Source: Candidatus Saccharimonadota bacterium
GTDB taxonomy: Bacteria > Patescibacteriota > Saccharimonadia > Saccharimonadales > Saccharimonadaceae
NCBI GenBank assembly: GCA_017964025.1
Contig: JAGCST010000003.1
Span: 1 to 60,364 of the forward strand
Direction of reading: 5' to 3'
Length of the DNA stretch: 60,364 nt
Shown here: in pieces, positions 20,117 to 30,568 of the stretch
How positions within the stretch are numbered: the stretch's first letter is position 1
How the letters are laid out: the number at the start of each line of letters is the position of its first letter
Notes under the pieces: generated by a model
What the model was told of the DNA's origin: nothing
The model's database searches: none
The model's input: only the letters and a program-made list of their open reading frames with translations
Translations under genes and position numbers: made by a program

Positions 20117-22092
20117 TTTTTCTTACCTTCTAAAAATTTTTTAATTCTTTCAATCTCATCTCGCAAGGCTGCTGCTTTTTCAAATTCCAAATTCGCTGCA
20201 GCCAATTGCATTCCAGAGGACAATTGTTTAATTAATGCTGGCAACTCATCCCTTGGCACACGTTTAATATCGAGTTTATTCTCCTTTTCTTTTTCTGGAA
20301 TAATAGCACGGAGGCCTTTAGATATTTCTTTTTGTACTGAATGTGGCGTAATACCATGTTTTTCGTTATATTCTTTCTGGATTTCACGTCTTCTATTAGT
20401 CTCCGAAATTGCTTTTTCCATACTTTCAGTAATAAAATCAGCATACATAATTACTTTTCCTTCTTCATGGCGAGCTGCACGACCAATGGTTTGAATTAGA
20501 GCTGATTCAGAACGAAGAAAGCCTTCTTTATCAGCATCTAGTATTGCTACCAAAGATACCTCCGGCAAATCTAGGCCTTCACGTAGAAGGTTAATCCCCA
20601 CTAATACATCATATACACCTTTACGTAAATCTCTTAATATATCTCCACGTTCCAACGTATCAATATCCGAATGAATATAAGCTGTTTTGATACCTCGTTC
20701 CTTTAAATGGTCAGAAAGATCTTCTGCCATTCGTTTTGTCAATGTCGTAATCAAAGTACGCTGTCCTTTAGCAATACGACGATCAATTTCTTCCATTAAG
20801 TCATCAATTTGACCTTTTGAACCACGCACTTCAATTTCTGGGTCCAATAGCCCAGTCGGACGAATCACTTGTTCAGCTGGTTTTGGTGACACTTCTACTT
20901 CGTATTCTCCAGGTGTTGCTGAAACATAGATTGCCTGATTAATATGATTTTGAAATTCACCATAAGTTAACGGTCTATTGTCTAGTGCCGATGGTAAACG
21001 AAAACCATAATCCACTAACGCTAACTTTCTAGCGTGGTCACCATTGTACATCCCTCTTACTTGTGGAAGAGTCATGTGAGATTCATCCACAATTAAAAGA
21101 AAATCATCTGGAAAGAAATCAAGCAGTGTTGATGGCGGCTCTCCTGGTTTTCTACCGTCAAGATGGCGCGAATAATTTTCAATACCCTTAACAAAACCAG
21201 TTTCTTTCAACATTTCAAGGTCATATTTGGTTCTTTGTGATAATCTTTGTGCCTCTAAATATTTTTGATTTTTTTCAAAATATTTTAATCTATCATTATA
21301 TTCCGCTCGAATCGTAATGAGAGCTCTTTCTAATTGATCCATCGGTGTAGCATAATGTGTATTAGGAAAAATATGTATATGTTTTGGCTTTTCGCGCACG
21401 TCGAAAGTCAGAGGATCTACGATTTTTATCTCTTCAAGTGTGTCAAAACCAAACTCAAAACGATAAGCAAATTCACCATTAGCTGGATATAAATCAATTG
21501 TATCGCCCATTACTCGGAAATTTCCACGCTCAAACGCTAAATCATTTCGATGATACTGAATATTCACTAACTTCCTAATAAAATCTGATTGCGATAAACT
21601 ATTGTTTTTAGATATATCAAAAGACATTTCTAAATAATTTGCTGGCGAGCCAATACCATAAATACATGAAACTGAAGCTACTACAATTACATCACGTCGT
21701 GTCAGTAATGCCTCCGTCGCTCCATGCCGCAACCTATCAATTTCGTCATTAATTGCTGAATCTTTTTCAATATAAGTATCAGTTGAAGCTATATATGCCT
21801 CTGGTTGGTAGTAATCAAAATAAGATACGAAATAATGTACTTCATTTTTTGGAAAAAATTCACGAAATTCTGAATAAAGTTGCGCGGCTAAAGTTTTATT
21901 ATGAGCTAAAACTAGCGTTGGCCGCTGAGTTTGTTCGATAATATTAGCCATAGTGAATGTTTTACCAGAACCGGTTACTCCAAGTAGAGTCTGTTCATGT
22001 ACACCACGATTAATCCCTCCCACTAATTGTTTGATTGCGGAGGGTTGATCGCCGGTTGGCTGATATTTTGACACCAGTTTAAATTTAGCCAT
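20113..22092 (-). CDS. uvrB: Excinuclease ABC subunit B
   Basis: [39 protein letters not shown]. Confidence 0.98.
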   Translation of the reverse strand: MAKFKLVSKYQPTGDQPSAIKQLVGGINRGVHEQTLLGVTGSGKTFTMANIIEQTQRPTLVLAHNKTLAAQLYSEFREFFPKNEVHYFVSYFDYYQPEAYIASTDTYIEKDSAINDEIDRLRHGATEALLTRRDVIVVASVSCIYGIGSPANYLEMSFDISKNNSLSQSDFIRKLVNIQYHRNDLAFERGNFRVMGDTIDLYPANGEFAYRFEFGFDTLEEIKIVDPLTFDVREKPKHIHIFPNTHYATPMDQLERALITIRAEYNDRLKYFEKNQKYLEAQRLSQRTKYDLEMLKETGFVKGIENYSRHLDGRKPGEPPSTLLDFFPDDFLLIVDESHMTLPQVRGMYNGDHARKLALVDYGFRLPSALDNRPLTYGEFQNHINQAIYVSATPGEYEVEVSPKPAEQVIRPTGLLDPEIEVRGSKGQIDDLMEEIDRRIAKGQRTLITTLTKRMAEDLSDHLKERGIKTAYIHSDIDTLERGDILRDLRKGVYDVLVGINLLREGLDLPEVSLVAILDADKEGFLRSESALIQTIGRAARHEEGKVIMYADFITESMEKAISETNRRREIQKEYNEKHGITPHSVQKEISKGLRAIIPEKEKENKLDIKRVPRDELPALIKQLSSGMQLAAANLEFEKAAALRDEIERIKKFLEGKKN

Positions 22093-22133
22093 ATCTATTA
22101 TTATAGCATGGCGAATTATTATATAATATAGCT

Positions 22134-22349
22134 ATGAAATATACTATTATTGTTAAACCTGGCACTAGCCAAGAAAAAATCGTTGAGACTGGTGATCATG
22201 AATTAACTGTCTATCTCCGTGCTAAACCTCACGATGGCGAAGCTAATGAAGCTCTCATTAAAATTCTTTCTAAATATTTTAATATTCCAAAAACCTCCTT
22301 AAAAATTTCTCGAGGCACTCATTCTCGTATCAAAGTTATTGATTTTTAA
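22134..22349 (+). CDS. DUF167 (YggU-like) protein
   Basis: VKPG...AKPHDGEANEALIKILSKYF...GTHSRIK; leaderless promoter. Confidence 0.88.
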   Translation: MKYTIIVKPGTSQEKIVETGDHELTVYLRAKPHDGEANEALIKILSKYFNIPKTSLKISRGTHSRIKVIDF

Positions 22350-23797
22350 TCATCTTTAGATTTCATCGTTGGAAATGGTACAGCTTCCCTGCCTGGCACT
22401 CCTTCGAGTAGCCAAAAATTGCGCTCCGAATTACCCCAGCCACAAGCTGGCGGCATACCATATTCCAGCATTTCTACAAAATCCATATCGAGCATTTGTG
22501 CTTCGGCATCACCTGCATCTCGTGCCGCTTGCTGTTCCTGAAATCGTTCTAATTGATCTAACGGATCATTCAATTCTGAAAAACCATTCCCCATTTCACT
22601 GCCAGCGATAATTGGGTGGAATCTTTCAGTAACTAGTGGATTTTCAACAGATTTTTTCGCTAATGGCGATAAGCTTAATGGTTCTTCGATTAACCAATAA
22701 GGTCCTGCCGAGGTTCTACGAATTAATTTCCAAACATGATCTATTAATCTAGCCTCCGATACATCAAAATTCGTTTCTACGTTATTTTCTTTTAAGATCG
22801 AGATTAGCTGTTCGCGATCAGGATGAAATACATCTACATTATATTTTTCTTTCAATAAATCCGCATATTTAATACGTGGCCACTCACAATCAAGATCTAC
22901 GTCAAACTCACCAACGTGAAACTTCAAAGTTCCCCAAGTTTCTTTGGCCACATATTTAATCATCTCTTCATATAACTTCATGCCATCTTCATAATCTTGA
23001 TAGGCCGCATATGATTCAAACGCAATATGTTCTGGTAAATGTTCGTCATCTACCCCTTCATTACGAAAACGCGGGCCAATATCATATACCTTTTCAAATC
23101 CACCGCCAAGCAAACGTTTTAGGGGCAATTCGTGCGAAATACGCAGATAGAAGTCTTCATCTAGAGCATTCATATGTGTTACAAAAGGTTCTGCATCTGC
23201 TCCACCAGTCGTATGTTCCAAAACCGGAATATTTATTTCAATAAATCCATGTTTATTCATAAAATCTCGTGTTGCTTGCCAGAACTTTGATCTTCTTACT
23301 AATCTTTCACGTACTTCAGGGTTAACATTCATATCTACATAACGTCTACGGTAGCGTTCTTCCTTATTGGTAAATTTTTCTGGCAAAGGTCGTAGACTTT
23401 TTGTTAGTAATTTTACGAAATTAGAAAATACTGAAATTTCGCCAGTTTGTGATTTATCAACTACACCAGTCGCCTCAATAAAATCACCAATATCAAGTAA
23501 TTTTATATCTTTAGCACCCAAAAAACCATCTGGCCCAGATTCATTTACACCTTTCATAAAAATTTGCACTTCGCCTGTGTAATCGCGCAATTTCAAAAAT
23601 ATTAATTTACCAAATGAACGAATTGCCACGATTCGCCCCACTATAGATACTTCTTGGCCTTGCTTTTCGTCAAAATGTTCCACTATCTCAGCAATTTTAG
23701 CTGTACGGTGGCTTTTTGCTGGATAAGGATCAATCCCACGTTTGCGAATTTCTTCTAATTTTCTAATTCGTTCATTTCGATAATCTTCAAGTAACAT
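22346..23797 (-). CDS. lysS: Lysine--tRNA ligase (class II)
   Basis: GGADAEPFVTH, LRISHELPLKRL, FRNEG, NGFSELNDP, LEYGMPP. Confidence 0.97.
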   Translation of the reverse strand: MLLEDYRNERIRKLEEIRKRGIDPYPAKSHRTAKIAEIVEHFDEKQGQEVSIVGRIVAIRSFGKLIFLKLRDYTGEVQIFMKGVNESGPDGFLGAKDIKLLDIGDFIEATGVVDKSQTGEISVFSNFVKLLTKSLRPLPEKFTNKEERYRRRYVDMNVNPEVRERLVRRSKFWQATRDFMNKHGFIEINIPVLEHTTGGADAEPFVTHMNALDEDFYLRISHELPLKRLLGGGFEKVYDIGPRFRNEGVDDEHLPEHIAFESYAAYQDYEDGMKLYEEMIKYVAKETWGTLKFHVGEFDVDLDCEWPRIKYADLLKEKYNVDVFHPDREQLISILKENNVETNFDVSEARLIDHVWKLIRRTSAGPYWLIEEPLSLSPLAKKSVENPLVTERFHPIIAGSEMGNGFSELNDPLDQLERFQEQQAARDAGDAEAQMLDMDFVEMLEYGMPPACGWGNSERNFWLLEGVPGREAVPFPTMKSKDD

Positions 23798-23874
23798 AAA
23801 GACATTATAGCATATATCTATTTAAAAAGCTCCTTAAGAGATTAAATCGCTATTCTCCACTAAAGGAGCTAATA

Positions 23875-24321
23875 TTATTGGATTTCTATAACTTTAATTT
23901 TTTTACCGTTAAAGTCAAATGATTCACCAGCTTTGTGACCTAATAATGCTTTGCCAATCGGAGATTCATTAGAAATTTTACCTTCAAGTGGGTTAGCTTC
24001 AGTTGCCCCTACTAAAGTATAAGTAACCTTACGCCCGCCCATATCAAGCGAAACTGTAGCGCCAAGGTCAACTTTTGTCTTTTTACCACCACGAATTACC
24101 TTGGCATTCTTCAATATATCTTGTATTTCCAAAATTCTACCTTCAGCTACTTTTTGTTCATTACGTGCTGAACTATATTCTTCATTTTCAGACAAATCAC
24201 CAAAAGAGCGTGCTATAGCAATTCGCTCTGCAATTGCTGGGCGTTCTTTAATTAATTCAGCCAGCTCTTTTTCTAGTTCTTTTTTTCCTTCTGCTGTCAA
24301 ACTGATGCTCTTTTTTATCAT
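23875..24321 (-). CDS. greA: Transcription elongation factor GreA
   Basis: GDLSENEEY, ISNESPIGKALLG. Confidence 0.96.
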   Translation of the reverse strand: MIKKSISLTAEGKKELEKELAELIKERPAIAERIAIARSFGDLSENEEYSSARNEQKVAEGRILEIQDILKNAKVIRGGKKTKVDLGATVSLDMGGRKVTYTLVGATEANPLEGKISNESPIGKALLGHKAGESFDFNGKKIKVIEIQ

Positions 24322-24385
24322 AATCGGAACTCCAAATTAAACACCCTCTAGTTTACACGAAAATACTTTGCCTGTCAACAGATTT

Positions 24386-25228
24386 TTAGCCAATTCCGAA
24401 CACAAATAAATAATAGAAAGCAAGTCCATTTTTTATTATATGCAGAAGAATTCCAGCATAAATAGTGCCAGTATATTCACGCATCGCACAGGCTACCACT
24501 GACATCGCAAAAACATTTATACCTACATTCCATTGTCCATGAATAATTCCAAAAGCCAAGGATACTAAAAACGTTGAGATTAATAATGATGCTAATTGTG
24601 TAGTAACTAGTGAAAATTTTTCGCGCATTTTACCATATAACCATCCACGAAAAATTAATTCCTCTATGATTGGAGCTAGAACTACTAGGGTTAAAAATGC
24701 TACTATCCGTTCTGTACCATAAATATTAGTGTTAAATCCAATATTCTGGACCTCATCCGCATTAAACCAAGCAAAATTCTGGAATATCGCGATTAAAATC
24801 GTCGCTATTACAAAATACAATATAAATCCTACGATTGATAATCCGATATCTGTCCAAGTCGGTAAGCCACTAACACCAAGAGTTTTTAATTTAACAAACT
24901 GAGGTTTTTCGGTTTTATTTTTTTCAACATTTCGCCACCTAGTAATAATTATAGATGGTACAAAAGCTATTAGAATAAAAGATAATATATAAGACAACAC
25001 CGAAAAAATCGCAGTTGGCACCGGCTCAAAAAACGCTTCTCTACCGATCATTAATATTATTATATTACCAACAATCAGTTCTGCGAGCACGATAGATGCA
25101 AATACCCAGCCCAAAGCTGCCACTGCCCAAATAGCAACTCCTATAATATCATTTTTACCATTTTTTTTCGGCAAAAACTCCTGCGCTTGCTTAGTAGTTT
25201 TCCGATGGTTAGATTTTCTGTTTATCAT
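24386..25228 (-). CDS. CPBP (CAAX/Abi) intramembrane metalloprotease
   Basis: EELIFRG, FGIIH, HIIKN motifs with multiple TM helices. Confidence 0.88.
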   Translation of the reverse strand: MINRKSNHRKTTKQAQEFLPKKNGKNDIIGVAIWAVAALGWVFASIVLAELIVGNIIILMIGREAFFEPVPTAIFSVLSYILSFILIAFVPSIIITRWRNVEKNKTEKPQFVKLKTLGVSGLPTWTDIGLSIVGFILYFVIATILIAIFQNFAWFNADEVQNIGFNTNIYGTERIVAFLTLVVLAPIIEELIFRGWLYGKMREKFSLVTTQLASLLISTFLVSLAFGIIHGQWNVGINVFAMSVVACAMREYTGTIYAGILLHIIKNGLAFYYLFVFGIG

Positions 25229-26529
25229 TTAACTATCCTCACTATATCAAGAATCGTTACGATAGCAATCAACGCCAAAAGTACTACAAAAGCCCTTGAG
25301 ACTATCCTTTCTTCAATTTCTTTGGTCAATTTTTTCCTACGTATTTTATAAATAGTAATTAATAACCACCTGCCACCATCTAATGCCGGAATTGGTAACA
25401 CATTCATACAGGCCAACGAAACAGAAATTAAGGCTGCAAGAAATGCCAAATTTGTCGGTCCAGCCGAAGTGAAAGCTGGGAACAATACACCAATAATTCC
25501 TACTGGTCCAGAAACAGAATCCCCGACTGCCGAAATTGACTCTTGTCCACTTTGGCGTACATTGGCGTCTAGGCTAAATTGTGAGCCAAGCCCAGTAATT
25601 AAATTCCATAACATTATCCCAATTCCTTTGAAAGTTTCACCAGTGAGCTGTGTGGTCAGACCGATTCCCACTATCGGGGCCGACCAAGTCGAATATGAGA
25701 GGGCTTGCGACGTAGCCATCGTCACCCCTAGTAAATATTCTGAACCAGATGGATTTAAGGTTACATAAGTATCGAAAATCGTTTCCTCATCATCCAATAT
25801 AACGCAATTACATTCTGTACCTTCTGGACAATTACAGGATGGTTTTCGTTGTATAGTATAAGTTACAGTTTCACCAGCATGAGATTGGTTATAATCACTA
25901 ATATCGCTACCATGTGTAAATTCATTTCCATCAATTGCTACTATATAATCACCTTCAACAATTCCAGCATGAGCCGCTGGTGAGTCTTTTGCCACAGTAG
26001 TAATCTTTACTGGTATTGATTCTGTACGTGTATCATTCGCTACTGTAAATTGGCCTTCCAGAAATTCCGGCATACCAGTCCAGGCTAAAATTGTAAAAAT
26101 GATAATAGCAATGATCCAATTAGCAGCTACGCCTCCAAATAAAATTTTAGTCTTAGACCAATAGTTAGCCTTACCGAAAGTTCCTTCTCTAGTATCCGCA
26201 TCTGATTCACCATCCATCTGACAAAAACCGCCAATTGGTAACCAGTTCAAGCTAAAAATCATTCCTTTCTGAGTTAAATGTTTGTCCTTACTATTCGAAT
26301 AGACTACTTTGTTAGCTTTTTCTTTTTTCCATTCTTTACGTGGCAGTTTTTTCCATTTCCCCGTGTCTTTATCTTTAATCCATGCCACCGCCCGTGGTGG
26401 AAACCCAATTCCGAATTCTAATACATTAACGCCATTTCGTCGCGCCATAATAAAATGCCCGAACTCATGTGCCGTCACTAGAAACATTAAAACCAATAAA
26501 CCAACAATAACACCTATAAATATATCCAT
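25225..26529 (-). CDS. rseP: Site-2 protease RseP with PDZ domain
   Basis: HEFGH, FGIGFPP, LPIGGF, NVLPIPALDGG. Confidence 0.92.
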   Translation of the reverse strand: MDIFIGVIVGLLVLMFLVTAHEFGHFIMARRNGVNVLEFGIGFPPRAVAWIKDKDTGKWKKLPRKEWKKEKANKVVYSNSKDKHLTQKGMIFSLNWLPIGGFCQMDGESDADTREGTFGKANYWSKTKILFGGVAANWIIAIIIFTILAWTGMPEFLEGQFTVANDTRTESIPVKITTVAKDSPAAHAGIVEGDYIVAIDGNEFTHGSDISDYNQSHAGETVTYTIQRKPSCNCPEGTECNCVILDDEETIFDTYVTLNPSGSEYLLGVTMATSQALSYSTWSAPIVGIGLTTQLTGETFKGIGIMLWNLITGLGSQFSLDANVRQSGQESISAVGDSVSGPVGIIGVLFPAFTSAGPTNLAFLAALISVSLACMNVLPIPALDGGRWLLITIYKIRRKKLTKEIEERIVSRAFVVLLALIAIVTILDIVRIVK

Positions 26530-26544
26530 AAGTATATTATACCA

Positions 26545-27213
26545 TTATTTACCGAATCTACGTGAACGAGAATCGTATTCTTTTATAATTTTATCAATAT
26601 CTTTTTCAGACATTTCAGGGAAATATTTTTCAATAAACATAAATTCTGCGTATGATGCTCTCCACAACATAAATCCAGATATGCGTTCTTCTCCAGAAGT
26701 TCTTACTACCATATCAATATCTGGAATTTCTGGATGATATAAATGTTTACGGATTGTTTCAGGAGAAATCTCGCCATCCGCCTCAAGAGCGATATTAGCA
26801 GCATCAGCAATCTCTAATTCTCCACCATAATTAAAACAGAATCCCACTGTTATGCCATCGCAATCCTCGGTTATCTTCTCCGCTTGCTCAATTGTACTAG
26901 CCAATTTTGGTGAGATACGTTTTTTAGAACCAAGTACCATCAAACGACCATTTTTTTTCTGCATTTTTTCTGCATATTTCAAAATTCGGCTTTCGGCTAA
27001 TTTCATAATATATGAAACTTCTGCATCACTCCTCCCCCAGTTTTCAGTACTAAACACATAAAAAGTAATATATTTAATACCTGCCTTAGCAGCACCATCA
27101 ACTAGTTTTTCGATAGCTTCCAAACCTTTTTTATGACCTTCAATCGTCGGTAACCCTTGTTTCTTAGCCCAACGTCGGTTCCCGTCAGCTATAATTCCTA
27201 AATGATTAATCAT
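26545..27213 (-). CDS. uppS: Polyprenyl diphosphate synthase
   Basis: IADGNRRWA, FSTENWGR, RTSGEERISGF. Confidence 0.95.
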   Translation of the reverse strand: MINHLGIIADGNRRWAKKQGLPTIEGHKKGLEAIEKLVDGAAKAGIKYITFYVFSTENWGRSDAEVSYIMKLAESRILKYAEKMQKKNGRLMVLGSKKRISPKLASTIEQAEKITEDCDGITVGFCFNYGGELEIADAANIALEADGEISPETIRKHLYHPEIPDIDMVVRTSGEERISGFMLWRASYAEFMFIEKYFPEMSEKDIDKIIKEYDSRSRRFGK

Positions 27214-27755
27214 AATTTCATTATTTCTTCAGATTTAGCTTTAAATTCTGCATCAATTTTGTCATTAAATTCTTTAGTTAATTCGTCGATATCTTTTTCA
27301 GCACGTTTTTTTACGTCCTCGCCCATTTCAACCGCAATCTTAACGGCTTTGCGAGCATCTTCACGTACGTTGCGTAATGCAACTTTTGCTTCTTCAACTT
27401 TGGTTGAAGCATTCTTTACGATCTCTTTGCGTCGCTCTTCAGTCAGTGACGGAATTGGTACTCTAATAATTCTACCATCATCTGCTGGGTTAAGCCCTAA
27501 TGATTGGTCTGCGCGAATTGCAGCTGCAATAGATTGAATGTTTGTTGGATCAAAAGGTGTGATTACGAGCAACGTAGCGTCCGCCGCTGTTACATTGGCG
27601 ACTTGATTAAGCGGCATGAATTGTCCGTAGGCTTCAACTTTTATACCAGACAACATATCTGGGTGAGCCCGTCCTGTACGAACTTTTTTCATTTCGTCTT
27701 TGAATCTCGCAATAACCCCCTCCATTTTTTTGCGATCTTCTTCTATGTCAAACAT
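27210..27755 (-). CDS. frr: Ribosome recycling factor
   Basis: VRTGRA, GLNP, LTEERRKE; SD AAGGAG. Confidence 0.96.
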   Translation of the reverse strand: MFDIEEDRKKMEGVIARFKDEMKKVRTGRAHPDMLSGIKVEAYGQFMPLNQVANVTAADATLLVITPFDPTNIQSIAAAIRADQSLGLNPADDGRIIRVPIPSLTEERRKEIVKNASTKVEEAKVALRNVREDARKAVKIAVEMGEDVKKRAEKDIDELTKEFNDKIDAEFKAKSEEIMKL

Positions 27756-27792
27756 AATAACTCCTTTTTTATATATATAATTATATCACAAC

Positions 27793-27822
27793 AAAAATCC
27801 GACCCTAGAGAGTCGGATTTTT
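27793..27822. terminator. Intrinsic terminator after rpmE2
   Basis: AAAAATCCGAC...GTCGGATTTTT. Confidence 0.8.
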
Positions 27823-27823
27823 A

Positions 27824-28174
27824 TTATTCTGCTTTAGTTTCGATAGCGTCTTCAGATTTAGCTTTTTTAGCTGCCTCTTTGGCTGCTTTTTTAGCTTTAT
27901 TCTCAAGCGCAGTCTTCATTTTAGCTGCTTTAGCAGCACGGGCTTTAAAGCGGTCTACACGACCTTCAGTATCGATAATCTTTTCTTCACCAGTAAAGAA
28001 TGGGTGTGAAGCGGAAGAAATCTGTACTTTTACTAAAGGATATTCTTTACCATCTTTCCACTTGATGGTCTCTTCACTTTTCGCCGTAGATTTAGTCAAA
28101 AACGAAAAGCCAGCCGCCTCATCAGAAAAGACGACAAAACGATAATCTTTAGGATGTAATTCTTTTTTACTCAT
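27824..28174 (-). CDS. rpmE2: 50S ribosomal protein L31 type B with Lys/Ala-rich C-terminal tail
   Basis: LHPKDYRFVVFSD, ISSASHPFFTG, EGRVDRF; no zinc-binding cysteines. Start moved to ATG at 28174 because the -10 box abuts the upstream GTG. Confidence 0.9.
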   Translation of the reverse strand: MSKKELHPKDYRFVVFSDEAAGFSFLTKSTAKSEETIKWKDGKEYPLVKVQISSASHPFFTGEEKIIDTEGRVDRFKARAAKAAKMKTALENKAKKAAKEAAKKAKSEDAIETKAE

Positions 28175-28215
28175 AATTGCCACTAATTATATCAGAGATT
28201 TGAAAAAAAGTAAAG

Positions 28216-28240
28216 AAAAAGAGCGGACAGTAGTCCGCCC
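28216..28240 (-). terminator. Terminator of the clpP-like gene
   Basis: GGGCGGAC-TACT-GTCCGCTC-TTTTT. Confidence 0.8.
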
Positions 28241-28252
28241 CAAGGCAGTTAT

Positions 28253-28909
28253 CTAGAAAATAGCATCAAGTTCAGCGATTACTTCATCAATGAAGCCATA
28301 TTCTAAGGCATCTTTCGCTAACATATAAAACTCTTTACGATCTAATTTGTCGTATTCCTCCTCGCTCATTCTACTGTGTTCTAATACAAACGGTTTGACT
28401 ACTTCATCTTCTACTCGGTTTTCAAATTCAACTCTATCTTTGACCTTATTGGCAGTACCATACAGAAAAATCGAACCATCATGCATTAAGAATGAAGCCT
28501 TTGGCAATGAAAAACGTTTATGCCCAGCGATACCAATTAAAAAAGCCATTGAGCTCCACTGACCCATATTAACAGTGTAAATCGGGGTCTTGCTAAGCTC
28601 CATTGCCGAAATTAGTGCAAAGCCTTCTGTTACATCTCCACCTGGTGAATTGATATATAACCTAATTGGTTCACGTTCTGTTGGATCCATTCCTTCATCA
28701 ATACGATTGCAATTAATAATCTGCTCTACGATAAATGATGCGATTGATGCATCAGCATAAAAACTATCATCACTATCCAATGGCAAGATTTCTCCATAAA
28801 GATATACTCGTCTATCTTCTAGTTCCCTTGCTCTTCTGAAGTCCCAAATATCGCAATTAACGTTTGTATTTAATATGCTCGGAGCACTTTCTAAAGTATG
28901 CTTATTCAT
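28253..28909 (-). CDS. Divergent ClpP-family protease subunit
   Basis: IRLYINSPGGDV, SSMA (Ser), LMHDG (His), ALEYGFIDEV; own promoter TTGCAG-17-TATAAT and SD AGGAGG. Confidence 0.85.
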   Translation of the reverse strand: MNKHTLESAPSILNTNVNCDIWDFRRARELEDRRVYLYGEILPLDSDDSFYADASIASFIVEQIINCNRIDEGMDPTEREPIRLYINSPGGDVTEGFALISAMELSKTPIYTVNMGQWSSMAFLIGIAGHKRFSLPKASFLMHDGSIFLYGTANKVKDRVEFENRVEDEVVKPFVLEHSRMSEEEYDKLDRKEFYMLAKDALEYGFIDEVIAELDAIF

Positions 28910-29020
28910 CTCGCCCTCCTTTTAATGTACAACTCTAGGCAACTGTCTTAACTGATTATACTGAATGCGCTTTGCCTCTGCAAGCATAGCCATTAATGCT
29001 TATTTATTCGGCTAACCATC

Positions 29021-29143
29021 TTGCATATCTAATTAATCTATGCTATAATAACTTGCGTATATTAATTTAACGAAACAGTTTTTGGGAGATTTCCTGGCAA
29101 TAATATTTGCAAGGCCCAAAAACAAAGAGGAAGGAAATCATAT
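29021..29143 (+). promoter_or_regulatory. rpsB promoter and structured leader (probable S2 autogenous operator)
   Basis: TTGCAT-17-TATAAT; stem GTTTTTGGG/CCCAAAAAC (29078-29123); GATTTCCT (29088-29095) complements AGGAAATC (29132-29139) at the RBS. Confidence 0.65.
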
Positions 29144-29830
29144 ATGGCAGTAGATGTCGATATGAAAGCTTTGTTGGAAGCAGGTGCTCATTTTGGGCAC
29201 AAAACCAGTCGTTGGCACCCTAAAATGGCGCCATACATCCATAGTAAACGCCAAAGTGCGCATATTATCAATTTAGAAAAAACCGTCGACGGTTTAGAAA
29301 AAGCTTTACCAAAAATTACCGATTTAGTTAAATCTGGTAAGAAAATTCTTTTCGTTGGCACCAAAAAACAAATGAACAGCGTCGTCAAAGAAGCTGCTGA
29401 AAGCGTCGATATGCCCTATGTCACAGTGCGTTGGATTGGTGGTACTTTAACTAACGTAGAAACAGTTAATCGTCAAATTAAAAAGCTTAAAGATTTAGAG
29501 CGTCGTATGGCTTCGGGCGAATTAGAAAATCGTTATTCTAAACTCGAAGTTCAACGTTTCCAAGAAGAGATTGATTTCTTGAACGAGCGTTATGGTGGTA
29601 TCAAAGAAATGACTGATCAACCATCTGCTATCATCGTTGTTGATGCAATTGAAGATAAAAATGCCATCAAAGAAGCGAATGTTTTGAATATCCCAGTATT
29701 TGCAATCACTGATACTAATGTTGATCCATCCAATATTGACTATGTAATTCCAGCTAACGATGACTCAATTAAGGCGACTAAGCTTATTCTCAATTATTTC
29801 GTTGAGGCTATCAAAGAAGGTAAAAAATAA
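29144..29830 (+). CDS. rpsB: 30S ribosomal protein S2
   Basis: LLEAGAHFGH, WHPKMAPYI, IPANDDS. Confidence 0.98.
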   Translation: MAVDVDMKALLEAGAHFGHKTSRWHPKMAPYIHSKRQSAHIINLEKTVDGLEKALPKITDLVKSGKKILFVGTKKQMNSVVKEAAESVDMPYVTVRWIGGTLTNVETVNRQIKKLKDLERRMASGELENRYSKLEVQRFQEEIDFLNERYGGIKEMTDQPSAIIVVDAIEDKNAIKEANVLNIPVFAITDTNVDPSNIDYVIPANDDSIKATKLILNYFVEAIKEGKK

Positions 29831-29862
29831 TTGCGTAAATTAAATTTAAGGAGGCATAAATT

Positions 29863-30453
29863 ATGGCTGAAATTTCAGTTGAACAAATTAAAAAACTAAA
29901 AGAACTTTCTGGTGCTGGTCTTACCGACGCCAAAAAGGCTCTGGTTGAAGCAAAAGGTGATTTTGACAAAGCCCTTGAAGCAATGCGTAAAAAAGGTTTA
30001 ACCAAAGCTGAGAAACGTGGTGATCGCGAGACTCGTGAAGGTTTGGTTGAAGCCTATATTCACGATGGTCGTCTCGGTGCTATAGTTGAAGTAAATTGTG
30101 AAACTAGTTTTGTTGCTAAAACCGACGAATTCAAAACTTTAGCACATCAGATTGCTATGCAAATTGCTTCAATGAATCCACTCTATGTCAGCGAAGAAGA
30201 TATTCCAGAAGCTGATCGTAAGACTAAGATTAAGGAGTTAGAGAGTAACTTCAAAGGTCCTGAAAATATGAAAGATAAGATTCTTGAAGGTCAGGTCAAA
30301 AAAGCTTTCCAAGATAAGGTTTTAATGAATCAACCATACATTTTAGATGATTCTAAAACAGTAGAGCAATTTATCAAGGAGGCTATTGCTAAAACTGGCG
30401 AGAATATCACCATTCGTCAATTCAAGCGTATCGAACTTGGTGTAACCGAATAA
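29863..30453 (+). CDS. tsf: Elongation factor Ts (short form)
   Basis: SGAGLTDAKKAL, EVNCETSFVA; follows rpsB. Confidence 0.96.
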   Translation: MAEISVEQIKKLKELSGAGLTDAKKALVEAKGDFDKALEAMRKKGLTKAEKRGDRETREGLVEAYIHDGRLGAIVEVNCETSFVAKTDEFKTLAHQIAMQIASMNPLYVSEEDIPEADRKTKIKELESNFKGPENMKDKILEGQVKKAFQDKVLMNQPYILDDSKTVEQFIKEAIAKTGENITIRQFKRIELGVTE

Positions 30454-30460
30454 TTTTATA

Positions 30461-30538
30461 AAAAATGAACTGGAACTTATTTTCAGTTCATTTTTTAATG
30501 CAAGCTTGGGCACCCTCGCAGTTATGAGTGCCCAAGCT
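30461..30538. terminator. Two hairpins between convergent genes
   Basis: AAAAATGAACTG...CAGTTCATTTTTT and AGCTTGGGCAC...GTGCCCAAGCT. Confidence 0.7.
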
Positions 30539-30568
30539 CTGTGCAGAGCATAATTATTTAATTATTTT

